Shown here: one piece after another, positions 17,244 through 25,726 of the stretch
Position numbering within the stretch: position 1 is the stretch's first letter
Layout of the letters: every line of letters begins with the position of its first letter
Source of the DNA: Candidatus Omnitrophota bacterium
GTDB lineage: Bacteria; Omnitrophota; Gorgyraeia; Zapsychrales; JANLHA01
Length of the DNA stretch: 32,000 nt
Assembly: GCA_963662715.1 (NCBI GenBank)
Contig: OY759724.1
Span: 2,940,001 to 2,972,000 of the forward strand
Reading direction: 5' to 3'
The notes under the pieces: generated by a model
What the model was told of the DNA's origin: nothing
What the model saw: only the letters and a program-made list of their open reading frames with translations
Database searches by the model: none
Position numbers and translations under genes: made by a program

Positions 17244-18176
17244 ATGAAAAAGAATATTCTAACCATCTTGCTGGGGGTGGCGATACTGACTTGTTTTTTC
17301 GTGAAAATGGTCTCTGCCGAAGACATGTATCCTCTCGCGATCTTGTCTTTTGAAGAACGGGGAGCCGGGTTGAAAGGTCAAGGGGCCAATGTCCGGGACC
17401 TGTTATTCGCGAATCTGATTGAAAACCCCAAGCTTCTTATTGTTGAGCGTTCCGAACTGGACAAAATTCTGGATGAATCGGAACTGAATCTCTCCGGGAA
17501 TGTTTCGGCTGATCAAGCCACCCAAATAGGCCAGTTAACCGGGGCCAAAATCATTGTCACAGGGTCCATATTCAAGGTTGACAACAATACCCATATCGTG
17601 GCCAAAATCATCAGTACTGAAACGAGCAAAATGTTGGGGAAGAGCGTTAAGGGGGCGGAAGGTCTTGACGTTTTAGTGGGGCAACTGGCCCGGGAAGTCA
17701 ACACGGCTATCAATGAATCTGCCGAAAGCCTTTTGCCGCCTCCGGTTGATAAGCGCCAGAGCATCGAGAAGATTCAAAAAATGATCGAGGGCAAACAGCT
17801 TCCCGTGATCTCCGTGTCCATTCCCGAAATGCATCTCAGCCAGGCAGTTCCCGACCCGGCGGCAGAAACCGAGATTACCTACATTTACAAAGAAGTCGGC
17901 GGATCGATCATAGACGCCGGTACAGGAGATATCTCGAAAGTGGACTATAAAGTCGTGGGGGAAGGGTTCAGTGAATTTTCAACCCGTATTAAAAATCTTG
18001 TAAGCGTGAAGGCCCGGTTAGAAGTGAAAGTCTTGAATAAAGAAGGCCATGTCGTTGCCGTAGACCGCCAGACATCGGTTAAAGTTGATTTGAATGAAAT
18101 GCTGGCCGGAAAAGCGGCCCTGCAGGAAGCGGCGGCCATGATCGCAGAACGCATTATTCCCAAAATGGCTCAGTAA
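17244..18176 (+). CDS. Secreted protein with an N-terminal CsgG/LpoB-like module
   Basis: SD GAGGAGG and a signal peptide. LAILSFEERGAG...LLFANLIENPKLLIVERSELDKILDESELNLSG...IGQLTGAKIIVTGSIFK is the pattern typical of CsgG-fold periplasmic or lipoprotein modules. The C-terminal half is unassigned. Confidence 0.65.
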   Translation: MKKNILTILLGVAILTCFFVKMVSAEDMYPLAILSFEERGAGLKGQGANVRDLLFANLIENPKLLIVERSELDKILDESELNLSGNVSADQATQIGQLTGAKIIVTGSIFKVDNNTHIVAKIISTETSKMLGKSVKGAEGLDVLVGQLAREVNTAINESAESLLPPPVDKRQSIEKIQKMIEGKQLPVISVSIPEMHLSQAVPDPAAETEITYIYKEVGGSIIDAGTGDISKVDYKVVGEGFSEFSTRIKNLVSVKARLEVKVLNKEGHVVAVDRQTSVKVDLNEMLAGKAALQEAAAMIAERIIPKMAQ

Positions 18177-18226
18177 GCCCGGATATGCTGGCTCACACCA
18201 GATAAGGCAGAGCGAACACAACTTTT

Positions 18227-21200
18227 ATGTTTGGAATTAATAAATTCATAAAATTTTTTCTAATTATCATTTGTATTGCTGTTATTCCTGCTGTCGGGGC
18301 TGCCCAGCCGGCTGAGCATGTCCCGAAAGAACCTGTCAGTCTGGCGGTTATCCCCGGGGCAGGGGAGAGACAGCCGTCTGATTTGGTGATAGCCAATTTA
18401 GAAGTCCATTTATCCTCTTTGCCGGATGTCTCTTTGGTCGAAAGAAGCCTCATTAATAAGGTTCTTCAGGAAATTCATTTAGGGGAATCAGGACTGCAGG
18501 ATAAAAAACAGGCCGTCACAATAGGTCAACTGGTTGCGGCTGACATTCTGGTTTTTGTGAAAAAAGGACGCCCTTCCCTGGAACATAAGGAGCAGATAAC
18601 ATCCGGAACAGACACGGATATTGTGCTTATCCGGCTTATGGAAACCCGGACAGGAATTATCCTCGGCTCCCTGTTGGAAGATGCAGAACGCCTGGAATCT
18701 GATCTCCCATCCATTCTCTCGCATGTTCAAACGGCCATCAACAAAGAAAAAATTCCTTTAGAAAACCGCAAACATATCGGTATCCTGGCCATAAAGAATA
18801 ATGAACCCGGGACAAGTCTTGACGGGGCAGCGGAAGCTTTGCAAATGTTTCTGGCCATCGATCTACCCAAGGCGCCGAATGTGATCATGTTAGACCGTGA
18901 CCATTTGCAGTATCTGCAGACCGAAAGAGCCCTAACCGGGATGAATTTAAAACTGAAACACTCCACCTTTGTTGTTGAAGGAGGTCTGCAGTATGAAGAA
19001 GGGCGTCAGCAGATTATTGTTTCCGTTGTTCTCCGTTCCTTTTCCGGAACAAACAGCGCATCGGAAAAAATGACTTTCACCGTTGATAAAGACGACCTCC
19101 CCAAGGCCAGAGAGGTGATCGCCCAGGGCATCCTGCAAAAACTTGATGTGGAAAAGACTCCGGGACAATCTCCGGCGGCGGATAAAGAAGGAGAGCTTTT
19201 TTTAATGCAGGTGCCGCTTTATCTGTCCAGCGGTGATTTGGAGGCGGCTGTCAGATATGCCGAAGTGGCTTATGCTCTTCTCTCCAATCAAGAGGCCCGC
19301 TATTGGGCTGCCCGGGCATGGTATGCTCTTGGCTGGGATTTGGTTGATAAATCCATGGGCGATTCTTTTCGGAGTAGCGCGAGCGCTGTCAGAAGGACCA
19401 GAACCCTCGGAGATCAATTTTCACCAGGAGGGACTCAGGTTGTCCCCCTGCGCAGACCCGGTGAGGCAGGGAGAGCCGAGCGTTTCCAAAGCGGCAACTC
19501 CAATATCGTTCGAACAACAGAGCAGAGGCCCGGACAGCAGATAGAATTCTGGGGGGACGGGAGACAGGTTCGACAGCCAGCGGATTCTTCACGGCCAACG
19601 GCCGCGCGCATCGAAAAACCGCGTCGCCTTGAAGGACGGGAACATAATTCCTCCGGGGCAACATCATCCGGACAAGGAAGGGACCAGGATGCTTCCCAGA
19701 AAGACCAGAGAATCCGTTTTCTTTCCGCGTTAATCCGGTCTTACACCCTGATGGAAGAAATGCTTGCCGTTCATATCCGCGATTACGAGTCAGATACGCA
19801 AAAAAATATCGTCCTGCCCGACCCGCGGGATGATTTTGAGAATGTTTCCCGTCCGGAAGACCGCCAGCGCAACCTTGCCCTTAAGTACAGAATCGGCCGG
19901 GATGACACGGACGTTTTCTGGCTTTTTAAACAGCTGGTTCAAATTCGCAATAACCTAAATGAACAGCAACGTGATTTTTATTTGCAGCATTATACCGAAA
20001 GCCTCAAAGCCCAGACAGCTTACTGGCTGAGCTGGAAAGATAAGACGGAAATGATCAAGCAGTACTACCGTTATGACCCCAAACTATCCGCCCAAATCAT
20101 CCAGCAGGTCGTAGATGCCTTTATGAAAACCTCGGACGGGCCTCCGGCCCCTAGGCTCAAAGGTTTCATCGATATGCTGGCTCTGGGGCGCGGCAGAGCC
20201 TTGTCCCCGGAAGAAGAATATGTTTACCGGAAATTCACAACGCATGAGGATGTTTTTGTCCGCTTTGCCTCCCAGAAGCAGTTGATGCGTGCTGACCCGG
20301 TCGCTTATGCTCAAAAGGCTTTGAACATTTTTATTCAGGAATTCCCTTATGATCATCCCTACCGCACACTGGACAACGTGAGTCTTCTCCCTGACTTTGT
20401 GAAACCGGTGTTTCACCGTGCGGCTCTTTCCCATAGGCAAGAGATGCTCCTGTTAGCGGAAAAATTATTTGAACCGATGATAAGGAATCAGGACATGGTA
20501 CAACTGGTGGCCTGGCGGGACTGTTTCTGGCCGTATGTCAACGGATTGGAACTGGATGGAAAGAAAGAGGAAGCGCAAAGGCTTGTTCAGCAGGTGAGCA
20601 AGATTCTGGAACAGAAACAATATTTTAATTTTTCCAACGAAGCCAAGCGTCTGCGGGCGGAACTGGATTTGAAACTTGTACAACTTGGCGCTAAGCAATC
20701 TCCCAATACCGAACTGGAACGATATTTTTCTTTCCAGGAACGGCCTCATTATATCCGTCTGCGCCCGGAATTGGAGGCTCCGCGGCTGAATGATCCGCCG
20801 ATCGATGTTTCTTCCTTCAGTCCGATCCAGCTTCCCACGAAAGGGCTCAACACAACCACAAGCAGCCGGACCCGCGATGTTGTTAAGAACGGATTCTCCG
20901 GAAGCTCCTTTGCCAAAGGCTATACGCGGGTTATCGATGCGGAAGGCAATGAAACCTATACAATTATGGACATGGATATTCAGCGGGAAAAGACGAAAAA
21001 GAAAGGCGCCTGGCAGCAATACTCAACCCGCCGTATGCCGGTCCGGCTGGTCGCCACCCAGCAGATGGATATCAGAGGGAATCCACTCCAGGAGCGGATT
21101 CTCCAGAAGAATTATTGGATTGACCATGATAAAGTCTATATCCTGCAGCAGAGCCGGAGCAACGATGCCCTGCTCATAACAGCTTTTGAACAAAGCCTGC

Positions 21201-22234
21201 AGAATAATCAAAATAACCGCTGCTTAGGGGAAGTCTCGGTGCCTTTGGGCCATATTAAAGAATATTTCCCTTATTATGTTTCAGCCATGACAACGGGACC
21301 GGAAGCCCTTTACGTCGGGACAGCAGGAGGGCTTATCGTTTTTCCCAAAAAGGGAGGAAAAATTTTTCAAAACACTTCGCAATTCAGTTCCCTGCACCGC
21401 AGATATGAACCGTACTATCCGGATAAAAAAGAGAACACAAGCCCTCCCAATGCTTCCGGACAGGCAAAGTTGCTGACGGAAAAAGACGGTCTTCCGGATA
21501 ATAAAATATTGTCCCTGGCTTATTGTCAGGGGAAACTTTACATGGGCCTCGGCCCTTTGGCCGAGACACAGATGGGGTTAGTCGGCAATTGCGGATTTGC
21601 GGCTTATGATCCCGAAACAGGGTCCTACGAACTTATTGCCTCCAGCCGTTCTATGGAAAAACGTAATGCCCTTGAACAGGGAGACAGTTATCAAATCACG
21701 ACGATTTTAGGGGATGAAAAACGGAACTGTCTATGGCTGGGGCTCTCCGGCAATCCGGACTATAACGGGATCTGGCGGTATGATATGGAAACCGGCCGGC
21801 TCAAACGTATCCTTAAAGAGGACTTCTCCCTGCAGGATATGCGCTGGGCCGGCAGTAAAATTCTCTACTTAATGACCCAGACGGGGATTGTTCAATTTGA
21901 CCCGGACACGTCGACCCGGACATGGCTGTTGGGACAAATAGGTTCTGCTTTAAGCGGTCTACAGGGACCTCACCCGCCTAAAAATTTTTCTGGCCAACCG
22001 CTTTGCGGGCATCCGGAGACCCGTTTGTGGCCTTTTGCCATGAGGGATGACGATCTTTTTACTGTGAGCTGGGATGGTTATGACGTTCTTTTACACCGCA
22101 AAGGACAGGAAGCTGTGGGAAAAAGTGTCTTTGACCAGAGAGCCACCGCCGTTGAGTTTAAGGCCTTTATCGATGCCAATGACGAGGGCGTTTGGCTGAT
22201 CACCCAATATGGAAATGTCTACCTGATTCAATAA
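18227..22234 (+). CDS. Giant (1335 aa) secreted multidomain protein: two CsgG/LpoB-like modules, a disordered R/Q/S/G-rich insert, a helical/TPR-like region and a C-terminal beta-propeller
   Basis: One uninterrupted ORF with a signal peptide (IAVIPAVGAA|QP). Module 1 is LAVIPGAGE...VIANLEVHLSSLPDVSLVERSLINKVLQEIHLGESG...IGQLVAADILVFV. Module 2 is IGILAIKNNEPG...NVIMLDRDHLQYLQTERALTG. The C-terminus has Reg_prop-like strings (DGLPDNKILSLAYCQGKLYMG, CLWLGLSG...GIWRYD). Confidence 0.8.
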   Translation: MFGINKFIKFFLIIICIAVIPAVGAAQPAEHVPKEPVSLAVIPGAGERQPSDLVIANLEVHLSSLPDVSLVERSLINKVLQEIHLGESGLQDKKQAVTIGQLVAADILVFVKKGRPSLEHKEQITSGTDTDIVLIRLMETRTGIILGSLLEDAERLESDLPSILSHVQTAINKEKIPLENRKHIGILAIKNNEPGTSLDGAAEALQMFLAIDLPKAPNVIMLDRDHLQYLQTERALTGMNLKLKHSTFVVEGGLQYEEGRQQIIVSVVLRSFSGTNSASEKMTFTVDKDDLPKAREVIAQGILQKLDVEKTPGQSPAADKEGELFLMQVPLYLSSGDLEAAVRYAEVAYALLSNQEARYWAARAWYALGWDLVDKSMGDSFRSSASAVRRTRTLGDQFSPGGTQVVPLRRPGEAGRAERFQSGNSNIVRTTEQRPGQQIEFWGDGRQVRQPADSSRPTAARIEKPRRLEGREHNSSGATSSGQGRDQDASQKDQRIRFLSALIRSYTLMEEMLAVHIRDYESDTQKNIVLPDPRDDFENVSRPEDRQRNLALKYRIGRDDTDVFWLFKQLVQIRNNLNEQQRDFYLQHYTESLKAQTAYWLSWKDKTEMIKQYYRYDPKLSAQIIQQVVDAFMKTSDGPPAPRLKGFIDMLALGRGRALSPEEEYVYRKFTTHEDVFVRFASQKQLMRADPVAYAQKALNIFIQEFPYDHPYRTLDNVSLLPDFVKPVFHRAALSHRQEMLLLAEKLFEPMIRNQDMVQLVAWRDCFWPYVNGLELDGKKEEAQRLVQQVSKILEQKQYFNFSNEAKRLRAELDLKLVQLGAKQSPNTELERYFSFQERPHYIRLRPELEAPRLNDPPIDVSSFSPIQLPTKGLNTTTSSRTRDVVKNGFSGSSFAKGYTRVIDAEGNETYTIMDMDIQREKTKKKGAWQQYSTRRMPVRLVATQQMDIRGNPLQERILQKNYWIDHDKVYILQQSRSNDALLITAFEQSLQNNQNNRCLGEVSVPLGHIKEYFPYYVSAMTTGPEALYVGTAGGLIVFPKKGGKIFQNTSQFSSLHRRYEPYYPDKKENTSPPNASGQAKLLTEKDGLPDNKILSLAYCQGKLYMGLGPLAETQMGLVGNCGFAAYDPETGSYELIASSRSMEKRNALEQGDSYQITTILGDEKRNCLWLGLSGNPDYNGIWRYDMETGRLKRILKEDFSLQDMRWAGSKILYLMTQTGIVQFDPDTSTRTWLLGQIGSALSGLQGPHPPKNFSGQPLCGHPETRLWPFAMRDDDLFTVSWDGYDVLLHRKGQEAVGKSVFDQRATAVEFKAFIDANDEGVWLITQYGNVYLIQ

Positions 22235-22258
22235 ACTTTAAAAAATTCGGAAAATGTT

Positions 22259-23176
22259 ATGGACTATATCTTAAAAGAAAAAATCCGCGTGGGCATAAGC
22301 GCCTGTAACTTCGGGGCCAAGGTGCGGTGGAATCACGCCGGATGGGATAGGGCCAGCCTGATAGGCAGACAGAAATTCGATTATTTGTGGACTCCCATCT
22401 GTCCTGAAATCAACAGCGGCCTGGGAGTTCCCCGGCCGCCGATGAAATTGGTCAACGGCAACGGCGATGATCTTTGGGCAGGCCAGGCCAGGGTGAAAAA
22501 TAAAAACGGACGGGATGTCAGTGAAGATGTCAAGAAAGGAGCCTTAACCTCTTTGCAGATACTAAAACAGGCGGATGTCGAAGCTTTTGTTTTTATGGAA
22601 GGCAGCCCTTCCTGCGGCGTTTACCGGACCACATTAAAAAATAAAAGGCTGGGTAAGCCGCCGGGTGTCTTCGGGGCCCTTGCCTTAAAAGAAGACCTTT
22701 TTCTTATTCCGGCGATTGATTTAGAAAGCCCCTGGAAATGGTGGGATTGGAGCCGAAGACTGCATGCTTTTGTCTGGCTCAGACGCCAAGCCGTTAATAC
22801 CAAAAAGGATATTTACGACATCTGGCATATGCTTAAATTTCTTTGTCAGGAAGTCGATGTCGGACGCTCAAATGACATCGGCCAAAAATTAGCCAACGCT
22901 CCCCAGAAAATCTGTGATGATTTCGTGGTGCCATGGAAGACTGATGTTTTGCAGTTAATCAGAAGGCCATCCACCTTGAAAAAAATTTACGCCATCATGA
23001 TTAAACATTATGCCCATTACAGGAAACAATTTGGCCTTAAACCTAAAATTCTTCAGCCTCCGGAGATAACGCAGGGGAAACGGAACTTTATCGAGGAATT
23101 AGGGAAAATGGAACGGAAGGCGGCTCAGCAGGGTTACCCGTTTGCCGGCCGGCCGGTGATATATAACCCGTCATGA
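22259..23176 (+). CDS. DUF523 plus DUF1722 fusion protein (YbgA-like)
   Basis: IRVGISACNFGAKVRWNHAG, TPICPEINSGLGVPRPP and FMEGSPSCGV indicate DUF523. The C-terminal helical part (WKWWDWSRRLHAFVWLRR...MIKHYAHYRKQF) resembles DUF1722. Confidence 0.8.
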   Translation: MDYILKEKIRVGISACNFGAKVRWNHAGWDRASLIGRQKFDYLWTPICPEINSGLGVPRPPMKLVNGNGDDLWAGQARVKNKNGRDVSEDVKKGALTSLQILKQADVEAFVFMEGSPSCGVYRTTLKNKRLGKPPGVFGALALKEDLFLIPAIDLESPWKWWDWSRRLHAFVWLRRQAVNTKKDIYDIWHMLKFLCQEVDVGRSNDIGQKLANAPQKICDDFVVPWKTDVLQLIRRPSTLKKIYAIMIKHYAHYRKQFGLKPKILQPPEITQGKRNFIEELGKMERKAAQQGYPFAGRPVIYNPS

Positions 23177-23264
23177 AAATTCCCGAGAAAGTTATCCATT
23201 TAACCTTTGAAATATCCTAAAGGCATCAGAAACGAAGACTCATCGAAAAGGAGGGAATATCTTT

Positions 23265-23294
23265 TTGGCCCTACCCCGGGAGTTATGATATAAT
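23265..23294 (+). promoter_or_regulatory. Sigma70-like promoter candidate for the peptide/CPBP/radical-SAM operon
   Basis: The -35 is TTGGCC (23265-23270), the spacer is 18 nt and the -10 is TATAAT (23289-23294). It lies about 38 nt upstream of the small ORF. Confidence 0.35.
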
Positions 23295-23331
23295 TTTTTT
23301 GTCAGCGGTTTTAAAACAAAAGGGGAAATAA

Positions 23332-23496
23332 ATGAAGATTTATTCAGGGAGCTTAAAAGAACCCCCGGGCACTTTCCTGCATGCCGGATATTTATCGGCA
23401 GCGAATGAGAACGCGATCTTTGTTAAAACACCGATCGTATTATCGGCACTGCTTGTCTTATTATTACTTCTTAAAAAAATATTTCGTAAACCGTAA
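23332..23496 (+). CDS. Unannotated 54-aa peptide: candidate RiPP precursor or protease substrate
   Basis: Not in the ORF track because it is under 60 aa. ATG follows AAAAGGGGAAATAA. My hand translation is MKIYSGSLKEPPGTFLHAGYLSAANENAIFVKTPIVLSALLVLLLLLKKIFRKP*. The C-terminus is a hydrophobic helix plus a basic tail. The stop lies 21 nt before the CPBP gene. Confidence 0.55.
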   Translation: MKIYSGSLKEPPGTFLHAGYLSAANENAIFVKTPIVLSALLVLLLLLKKIFRKP

Positions 23497-23517
23497 ATAT
23501 GAATTTTTAAAATTTTC

Positions 23518-24240
23518 ATGAACCATGGTTGTTTAAAAAGAATGAGCTCTTCAACACAGGAGCTCTTTTTTATTTGGTTCGTTCTGCTGGTTTATGTCTT
23601 TTTATTTTACGGGATATGCAAGCTAACGACAGGTTTTTACTCTTGGCCAAGACTGCTTCTTCCGAATGCCTGGCTTTTCTTGGCATCCCTGTTATGGATC
23701 AGGCGGAAATCCACAACGTATTTTGCCATAAAACATATCCAAAATACCAAGGAGTTGTTTGTCCTGGGCACCGGGAGCGTCATACTTATGGTCTTTTTAA
23801 ATCAATATCCCGTGAAAGAGAGCCATCATGCCGTAATCCCTCATTTATTGTTAAAATTCATTTTCCTGGCCGCGATCGCCTCTATTTGTGAAGAGGTCTT
23901 TTTCCGGGGGATCATGTTGAATTCCCTAAAGAAATATTTCAACAACGGAATCATCTCTCTATTACTAACATCCGTTATATTTGCTTATCTCCATCTGTCC
24001 CAGGGGACTGTCGTTTTTATGCAAATGTTCATTTTGTCGGTTATATTATGCCGTTATACTCTGGTCAGCAAAAATATCTACGGGGCTTCGGTCATTCACC
24101 TCTGCTGGAACACCGTATATTACAATCAGTTTATCCTTGGCCTCAGTCAAAAACTGATTTTCACCTGTTGTGCCGTTATGACGTTCACCGTTTTCGTTTA
24201 TATTTTGTTTTCGGCAGAAAAGCATGAAAAAAATCATTGA
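23518..24240 (+). CDS. CPBP-family intramembrane glutamic endopeptidase (CAAX protease/Abi family)
   Basis: Polytopic, with the three family motifs: EEVFFRG (EExxxR), FAYLH (FxxxH) and HLCWN (HxxxN). Confidence 0.8.
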   Translation: MNHGCLKRMSSSTQELFFIWFVLLVYVFLFYGICKLTTGFYSWPRLLLPNAWLFLASLLWIRRKSTTYFAIKHIQNTKELFVLGTGSVILMVFLNQYPVKESHHAVIPHLLLKFIFLAAIASICEEVFFRGIMLNSLKKYFNNGIISLLLTSVIFAYLHLSQGTVVFMQMFILSVILCRYTLVSKNIYGASVIHLCWNTVYYNQFILGLSQKLIFTCCAVMTFTVFVYILFSAEKHEKNH

Positions 24241-25621
24241 AACCCGGTCGCTTTATTTTAAAAAGCCTTCCTTCAGAGATATCAGGGGAACATCCTGTTT
24301 GTTGATATGGGGGGATTTGGGGCAGTGGCTTATCGTTGATTCGGAGTTTTTAGACTTTCTTGACACATATGCATCCGGAGACTCCCTGAAAAACCATATC
24401 ACGAAATATATTCAAAGGAAAGGCTTGGAGCCCCGGAAGCCCTTTATCACGGCCCTGAAAAAGAACGCCGAGGAATTGTTCAGCCGGAATATCCTTTCCC
24501 ATTCCGGCACAGCCTTCAGTAAAAAACCGGAGGGAAGGGATATCGCCAATATAACAATTAACCTGAACAATGACTGCAACTTGAAATGTTCCTGGTGTTA
24601 CAATACGAAAAGGCAGACCCCGGAAATGCCAATACAAAAAATGACCCAAGCTATCGACAAAGGCAAAAGATTTTTTTCGAAAAATGCCTCCTTTTTTATC
24701 TTGGGGGGAGAACCCTTTATGAATCAGGAAAGATTGCTTGCGGCGGTGCAGTATGGATTAAAAAGCTTTCGAATGCCTGTTTTAGTGTCAACAAATGGGA
24801 CTTTAATCAAGAAAGAAGTCGCAAGGAAACTTGCCGCAAAGAATCTCCAGATTCAAATTTCCCTGGACAGCCCCTATGAAGAGAAACATGATGCCGTCCG
24901 GGGAGCCGGATCTTACCGGAAAGCCGTGAGAGGGGTCAAGATTCTCGTCGATGCTGGTGTTTATACCGTGTTGTCCATGGTCTATACCCGTGATAATTAT
25001 CATGATATTGAGGAATACTTTCGTTTAGCGGAAACTTTCAACGTGAATGAAGTGCGTTTTATCCCGCTGCGCCTGATTGGCCGGGGACTGGGCTTTAAGG
25101 AACTCATGCCGAATCAAATTTCGGTTTTCCGGCATCTCATCCAGTTGCTTAAAAAACATCCGGGCTTTTTCCGCCTTTTAAAAAGGGATTTCTTCACCAT
25201 CGCCATCAATAAATGCCGTTACTCGCAAACCGGTACGAATTGCGGATTGGGACGAAAAGTTATTTTTGTCGATGCTGACGGTAAAGTCTATCCCTGTCCC
25301 AATTTTGTCAAGGAAAGTTTTTTGTGCGGAGACCTGAACCGAACGGACCTGGGGGACATCTTGAAAACATCGCCATTCCTAGATGATCTGCAAAACCGGT
25401 ATAATATAACGCTATATTCAAAATGCCGGGATTGTCATTTCCGTTTCTGGTGTTCCGGGGACTGCCGGGCCGAAGCCCTGGCTGTGTCAAAATCACATTT
25501 AGCTCCGTCCCCGCACTGCCAAGAATTACAGTCTCTCTATAAAGAGATGTTCTGGTTAATCGGGGAAGGATATGTTAAGAATTTCTACCGGGATTATGCC
25601 CACGGCTTATCGTTTATCTGA
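24224..25621 (+). CDS. Radical SAM/SPASM-domain peptide-modifying enzyme with an N-terminal RRE/PqqD-like extension
   Basis: CX3CX2C motif CNLKCSWC (Cys118/122/125, nt 24575-24598). GGEPF. SPASM cysteines CGLGRKVIFVDADGKVYPCPNF and CRDCHFRFWCSGDCRAE. About 105 aa precede the rSAM core. The start overlaps the CPBP gene by 17 nt. Confidence 0.9.
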   Translation: MKKIIETRSLYFKKPSFRDIRGTSCLLIWGDLGQWLIVDSEFLDFLDTYASGDSLKNHITKYIQRKGLEPRKPFITALKKNAEELFSRNILSHSGTAFSKKPEGRDIANITINLNNDCNLKCSWCYNTKRQTPEMPIQKMTQAIDKGKRFFSKNASFFILGGEPFMNQERLLAAVQYGLKSFRMPVLVSTNGTLIKKEVARKLAAKNLQIQISLDSPYEEKHDAVRGAGSYRKAVRGVKILVDAGVYTVLSMVYTRDNYHDIEEYFRLAETFNVNEVRFIPLRLIGRGLGFKELMPNQISVFRHLIQLLKKHPGFFRLLKRDFFTIAINKCRYSQTGTNCGLGRKVIFVDADGKVYPCPNFVKESFLCGDLNRTDLGDILKTSPFLDDLQNRYNITLYSKCRDCHFRFWCSGDCRAEALAVSKSHLAPSPHCQELQSLYKEMFWLIGEGYVKNFYRDYAHGLSFI

Positions 25622-25726
25622 TAATTCAGGTGCAATGAAAATAGTGTCAGCGACCGGGGATATCCTTACAGGGTAAAAATCATTTTATTGACCATAAGCA
25701 AAAAATCTGATAAAAATTTTAATGTT

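Noticed and set aside
23265-23288. A strong SD-like AAAAGGAGGG (23246-23255) followed by a 7-codon TTG mini-ORF (MALPREL)
   Set aside because: It is too short and starts at a non-ATG codon. The same bases serve as the -35 and spacer of the promoter candidate. It may be coincidental, but I cannot exclude a leader peptide.
25635-25676. A 13-codon ORF (MKIVSATGDILTG) right after the radical SAM gene, considered as an alternative precursor
   Set aside because: It has no properly spaced SD and is very short. It has no aromatic or Cys-rich core and no leader-like region. The 54-aa ORF upstream is a much better candidate.
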